DNA of 64,000 nt from Thermoanaerobaculia bacterium (GTDB lineage: Bacteria; Acidobacteriota; Thermoanaerobaculia; Multivoradales; Multivoraceae), in contig OY761158.1 of assembly GCA_963664405.1 (NCBI GenBank), positions 5,408,001-5,472,000 of the forward strand, in the 5' to 3' direction. A model generated the notes under the pieces. That model was not told the origin of the DNA and did no database searches. It saw nothing but the letters and a program-made list of their open reading frames with translations. Positions within the stretch are counted from its first letter, which is position 1; every line of letters starts with the position of its first letter. This document shows, piece after piece, positions 59,587 through 64,000 of the stretch. The position numbers were made by a program, and so were the translations under genes.

Positions 59587-60054
59587 TTAGAGATCCAGCA
59601 ATGGTCCTACGATCTCCATGTTGTACTTCTCGGCCAATTCTTCGGCTTTGGCAACGTAAGCTTCTGTGTCCGTGACATCCAGATCAACCGCCTCGTCAAA
59701 GAACTGCTCGAATCCTGGTGGAGAAATGATGGCGAGTAATTTGGCAGGTTCCTGCCCGGCGCGACACCAGGCGTGAACCGTTCCCCTGGGGATGAGGACG
59801 AAAGAACCAGCTTTCGCTATAGAAGTGGTTTCTCCCAACAGTACTTTGACCTCTCCCTCCAAGACGTAGAAGGCTTCCTCCTCGGTTTTGTGTATATGCT
59901 GTGGCGGTCCGTCGCCGGTTAGCTCGATCTCCAAAAGTGAGTACGCACCACCGGTGTCTGCACCAACCACCTTAAGCGTTATCTCGTGGCCTGGCACTGG
60001 AACTGTCTTGCCCTCTCCTGGGCCGAGTACAACATTCCCATCGTCAATAGACAT
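59587..60054 (-). CDS. Cupin-domain protein
   Basis: PPQHIH..EEEAFYVLEG, IPRGTVH and PPGFEQFF motifs. Confidence 0.88.
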   Translation of the reverse strand: MSIDDGNVVLGPGEGKTVPVPGHEITLKVVGADTGGAYSLLEIELTGDGPPQHIHKTEEEAFYVLEGEVKVLLGETTSIAKAGSFVLIPRGTVHAWCRAGQEPAKLLAIISPPGFEQFFDEAVDLDVTDTEAYVAKAEELAEKYNMEIVGPLLDL

Positions 60055-60224
60055 ACATTGTTCTCCTTAGTTCTCCCATGGAACACAAAAGATTGGGACT
60101 GACGGCTTTGGTGAATCAGGCCTGGGCGACCATCGCAACCATCCACTTTAGATGAGTGAACAGGAGTATACGTCTGCGCCGGGTCTGGTCCCGCTACCCT
60201 TCTGGTGGGGGACCCGATTCGCGC

Positions 60225-60316
60225 CGTCGTAATGCGCCGAATTTCACGACACACCTCTGCTCGAAGGCTTATCTGCTTCCGGCTATGCGTGTCGCGGTCC
60301 GCCACATTTCACGACA
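60225..60316. repeat. Paired 27-bp sites (60225-60251, 60290-60316) with 38-bp linker
   Basis: CGTCGTAATGCGCCGAATTTCACGACA / TGTCGCGGTCCGCCACATTTCACGACA. Confidence 0.9.
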
Positions 60317-60326
60317 CGCCTTCGCC

Positions 60327-63000
60327 TCACGAGCCCCCCTCGGAGAACATCTCGAGCACCTTGGCCCGCCAGTTCTGGACGAAGACTAGACGCTCCTCCT
60401 CGGCCTCTGCCGCCTGGATCATGAGGAAGCGACCGTCGGGGTGGATGGCGTAGTTCTGGAAGCTCAAGGGTGTGCGCAGGTAATCATCCACGAAGAGTGG
60501 CTCGGGACGCCGGGGGGACGAAGCGCTCGCCGGAGATCTCGACCGGGAGCGTCATCATGTGGGTCGGGCTGCGGTAGAGGATCTCGCTGCCTTCGGGGGA
60601 GAAATCGGGCTCCCCGCCGCCGTCGAAGGTGAGCTGGCGCGGCTCGCCGGGACCGGGGAAGGGCCGGATCCAGACGTTCTCCTGTCCCTGAATCACCACC
60701 GAGTAGGCGATCCAACGTCCGGCGGGGTGGAAGCGGGCGGCGGGGACCACGTTCCCCTCGAGGAGGGTCTCGGACTCTCCGCTCTCCCGGTCGAAGATCC
60801 AGAGTCCGGAGACATCGATGTTCGTGTAGAGCATGTAGCGCCCGTCCGGGGAGAAATCCAGCGGTACCTGCGGGTGCTCCGACGGTACGAGCCGCTCCGC
60901 CGGGGCACTGCGATCGGCAGGCTGGATGTAGAGCTGAAAGCGTCCCTCGAGGCGATCCGACATGAAGACGATCTCCTGGCCGTCGGGGGGCACCCACATC
61001 AAGCCAGCGTTGCGATTCCCCTCCTGGGTCGGGCGGGTCCAGGAGCCGGTCCCGAGGTTGAGCATCCACTGCTCTAAGTCCCCCCTGGCGTTGCGGGCGC
61101 CCACCGAGATCCGGCGCCAGTCCTGGGAGTGTCGCGGCGACGCGAAAGGCTTGCGCTCCGGCGCCACCTCCTCGATGTCCCGGCCGTCCCGACTCACCCA
61201 AACCAGCCGGGACACGCTCCGACTCCCGAGAACGTAGAGCAGGTCGCCCGAGTCGGCGAGCGCGAAGCGGCCCCTATCGACGCCAACGCCGAGGAGCGGC
61301 GCCACCCCGTTCTCGACCTGACGCGCCGGGCCGAGGAGGGCGGCGGTCTCGGGATCGATCGGCGCCGCCCACAGTCCGCCCTCGCGATAGAAAACCAAAA
61401 CCCCCGGATCGAGATAGAACGGCTGCGCCCCAGGGAGGAGAACCCGTTCCTTGCCAGTCTCGAGGTCCACCGCCTGAACATCGCTCCAGAAGCCCTCCTG
61501 ACGCTCGGATCTCAAGTGGGCCAGGACGACCCTCTCACCAGGCAGAAGCGCGGTGCCGATGCCATGCCCCACCTGCTCGGAAACACCCCCGTCCGCCGGA
61601 ATCCGCCATAGCTCGCGAGACGTGGGGCTTCCTATCTCAGGAGTGTAGTAGAGGAAGCCATCGCGCCCCCAGACACCGGTCCTGCGGATCCCTTCCACCA
61701 GAGCGCTGGCGCCTCCACCCCCCACGGGAAGCGTCTTCAGACTGCCCCCGGCCACGAAAGCAAGCTGCTGGCCGTCGGGCGAGAAGATCGGGCGGAGGGC
61801 ACCGTCGCTGCCGGAGATGCGATCGGCAACCAGGGAGTCGAGAGAGCGCCGGTAGAGGCTGGTCTCGGCTCCCTCGCGACGGCCGAAGACCACCATCCGA
61901 CCGTCCGGGGAGAGCACGAAGGGCTGATCCGGAGTTGCCTCGAGGTCGAGAGCCGTGACCGTCCAGGTGTCGGCCGAAGTGGCGTCGCTGGCCACGTTCT
62001 CCTCCCCACCACGGTCCAGGACGTAGCCGAGGGCGAGACCGACCACCAGGGCGAGGAGGGCGAGTGCTCCGGCGAGGACCGCCGACACCGGTCGCCTGGT
62101 AGGCGCCGCCTCGCCACCGGCTGGCGCGTCGATGTCCGGCTGCTCGAGCACTCCTCGGATCTCGATCCGGACGTCGGCGATGTCGTGAAGGCGCTCCCGC
62201 GGGTCCCTCGTCAGACACCGTCGGAGCAGTGTCCTGATCGGCCTCGGCGTCGCCGGGGGGAGCTTGCCCCAGTCGATCTCCGCTCTGAGCACCGCTGCCA
62301 GCGTGTCGGCGGCATCGTCGCCGCGGAACGCCCTCGATCCCGTCAGCGTCTCGTAGAGACACACGCCGAAGGCCCAGACGTCGGCCCTTCTATCGACCTC
62401 TTTCCCCTTGGCTTGCTCAGGCGACATGTAGGCCGCCGTGCCGAGGATCTGGCCTCGGAGCGTGGCCGCCTGGGTCAGCGTGGGCGATTCCGAAGGGTCG
62501 CTCTCCGGCCCCGTCGCCGGAGCCATTGCCTTGGCCAGACCGAAGTCAAGAATCTTGACGTTGCCGTCGTCGGTGACCTTGATGTTCGCGGGTTTGAGAT
62601 CCCGGTGGATCACTCCCTTCTCATGGGCTGCCTCGAGGCCCTCGGCGATTTGGAGAAACAGAGGGATCGCCTCATCGACGGGAATCGGGCCGTGAGCGAT
62701 CCGATCGGCCAGAGTCTCACCCTCCACCAGTTCCATGACCAGGAAGCCCGTGTCACCTTCCCGCTCGAAGGCGTGGAGGCTGGCGATGTTCTTGTGGTTG
62801 AGCGAGGCGAGAACTCGCGCCTCCCGCTCGAAGCGAGCTAGACGCTCCGGGTCAGAGGAGACCTCGTCGAGCAGGAGTTTGACCGCTACCTCGCGACCGA
62901 GCTTCGTATCCTTCGCTCGATACACTTCTCCCATGCCTCCTGCACCGAGGGAGGAGAGCACTTCGTAGTGGCCGAGGCGAGTGCCAGCTTCTAGAGCCAT
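60327..63000 (-). pseudogene. Ser/Thr kinase-TM-TolB/PD40 propeller K4, frameshift near the 3' end in a 6-nt homopolymer (60512-60517)
   Basis: 838-aa ORF. Removing one base gives the family tail RPEPLF...NYAIHPDGRFLMI...FVQNW ending at 60327. Confidence 0.82.
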
Positions 63001-63060
63001 TGACTTGGCGACATCATACCCGTCGCCCGGGGGATCAGCGGCTCAGAGCTCGATCTGTGC

Positions 63061-63144
63061 TGTCGCACCTCACCCAAAAGTGCGACAGCGGGAGGCTTAT
63101 TCGCTTCGAGCTATTCTTGTCGTAGTCCCAAGGGGTCCCTGTGG
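63061..63144. repeat. 27-bp site (63061-63087), 30-bp linker and half-degenerate site (63118-63144)
   Basis: TGTCGCACCTCACCCAAAAGTGCGACA..GCTTAT-N9-GCTAT-N3-TGTCGTAGTCC. Confidence 0.82.
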
Positions 63145-63214
63145 CTCATGCAGCTTGGTGGCGTCTCTGCCCGAAGTCGGCGGACAGAGCTGCTCTTGCG
63201 GCCAGTGTTCGGGT

Positions 63215-64000
63215 TCACTCGAATACTTCGAGCTCCCTTCCGCCGGAGCGCAGCACGACGTCGACGTACTTGGTGTCCGCTGTCGTACCGCCGAAAACAC
63301 CCACCGAGATGAACCACACACCAACGACGCGCTCTGGTGGATCGCCGCCTACCGCCATTTCATAGTCGTCGAGGATCTTGCGGGTGTGGCTCTGCCACAC
63401 GCCGACGTCCTCACGGCCGCTCTGGAGCACGATGTGGGTCTCGCGCCTGTCCCACCAAGGCAGCGGGCAGCGGAAGCTCGTCACGGCCTCGAGGTAGGGG
63501 CTTCGCATCCACGTGATGTCCTGCCCGTTGTCGAACTCGAGGGCGATGCTCGAATAGTCGTGGTGGCTGGCCTCTGTCTCCGGGCCCAGGGAGTGCAGGT
63601 CGTCGTAGCGCCAGGCGAAGCTGATCTCGCTCGATCGATCGAGCGGCAGATCCACCGCCTTCTTGATGATCCCGCCCGACGAGGCGGCGTTGCCCCAGAC
63701 ACCGTGCCGCTCGCCGTCGTCCCAGGCCTCGAAGACATCGGCTGTGCGGAGTAGGTAACACACGGAACGGAAACCCGCAGGAAGCTCGCGAGCGGCGTCG
63801 AGGTCGGCCTTGGCGCGTGCCAGGACTTCGTGTGCGACGAGGCCTCCTAGGGCGTCGCCGGGCGCCGATCTCCACGCCACAGTCAGCAGGTCGTGACCGG
63901 GCGCTTGGCGCGGAGCCGCGCTGAGCGAGGCCGGCGGCGTGCCGTCACAGTGCTCCCAGCGTACGTCCCTGGGCAGTGAGATCACTTCGATTTCACCCGT
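63215..64000 (-). CDS. DUF3047-like protein (5'-partial)
   Basis: Frame open to the window end; W.YDDL.S...E...HHDY.SIA.EFDNGQD.TW..S, W....R.I..DY..A.GG.PP motifs. Confidence 0.65.
   Translation of the reverse strand, partial: TGEIEVISLPRDVRWEHCDGTPPASLSAAPRQAPGHDLLTVAWRSAPGDALGGLVAHEVLARAKADLDAARELPAGFRSVCYLLRTADVFEAWDDGERHGVWGNAASSGGIIKKAVDLPLDRSSEISFAWRYDDLHSLGPETEASHHDYSSIALEFDNGQDITWMRSPYLEAVTSFRCPLPWWDRRETHIVLQSGREDVGVWQSHTRKILDDYEMAVGGDPPERVVGVWFISVGVFGGTTADTKYVDVVLRSGGRELEVFE

Noticed and set aside
51464-63144. 27-bp repeats with 29-39-bp spacers as mini-CRISPR or TIGR arrays
   Set aside because: The repeats are too divergent in their centres, the linkers share a conserved motif, and they occur in pairs at gene boundaries. 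No Cas or Tas-like gene is visible.
48004-63144. 27-bp sites as canonical attC or XerC/D dif/pdif sites
   Set aside because: They lack RYYYAAC/GTTRRRY ends and the TTATGTTAAAT-like XerD arm, and they do not alternate in orientation.
1-64000. tRNA or rRNA genes
   Set aside because: No cloverleaf or rRNA signature noticed by eye; a tRNAscan/Infernal run would be needed to exclude them formally.

Overview
GC-rich bacterial window. The expanded Ser/Thr kinase + TolB-like beta-propeller genes suggest Acidobacteriota, but this is inference only. Bases 1-26.6 kb are mostly housekeeping/metabolic genes (tesB, cardiolipin synthase, ROK kinase, a MaoC x4/CoA-transferase/CitE-like operon, PilZ/FHA/STAS proteins, FMO, MFS, vapBC, a SufR-like regulator, glpD, AsmA, class I lysS). 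From 26.7 kb the window is an accessory region with two cassette-like platforms. (1) 26.7-45.1 kb is a decayed integron: an intI 5' fragment cut by an IS3 remnant, two clear attC sites plus one degenerate one, many small cassette-type genes, nested ISNCY/IS110 insertions splitting marC, and an IS21 inserted into a 109-bp tandem repeat. (2) 47.9-64 kb is the main finding: a minimal 175-aa tyrosine recombinase next to a co-oriented array of genes (four Ser/Thr kinase-propeller paralogs, a Coq4-like protein, a cupin, DUF3047). Nearly every gene boundary carries directly repeated 27-bp TGTCG-N17-CGACA sites joined by a conserved 29-39-bp linker. One apparently empty hybrid site has been hit precisely by an IS1111-type IS110 whose downstream non-coding region contains guide-like matches to that site. 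This looks like an integron-analogous site-specific cassette system that I cannot assign to any described family. All calls come from reading sequence and motifs; no database searches were run.
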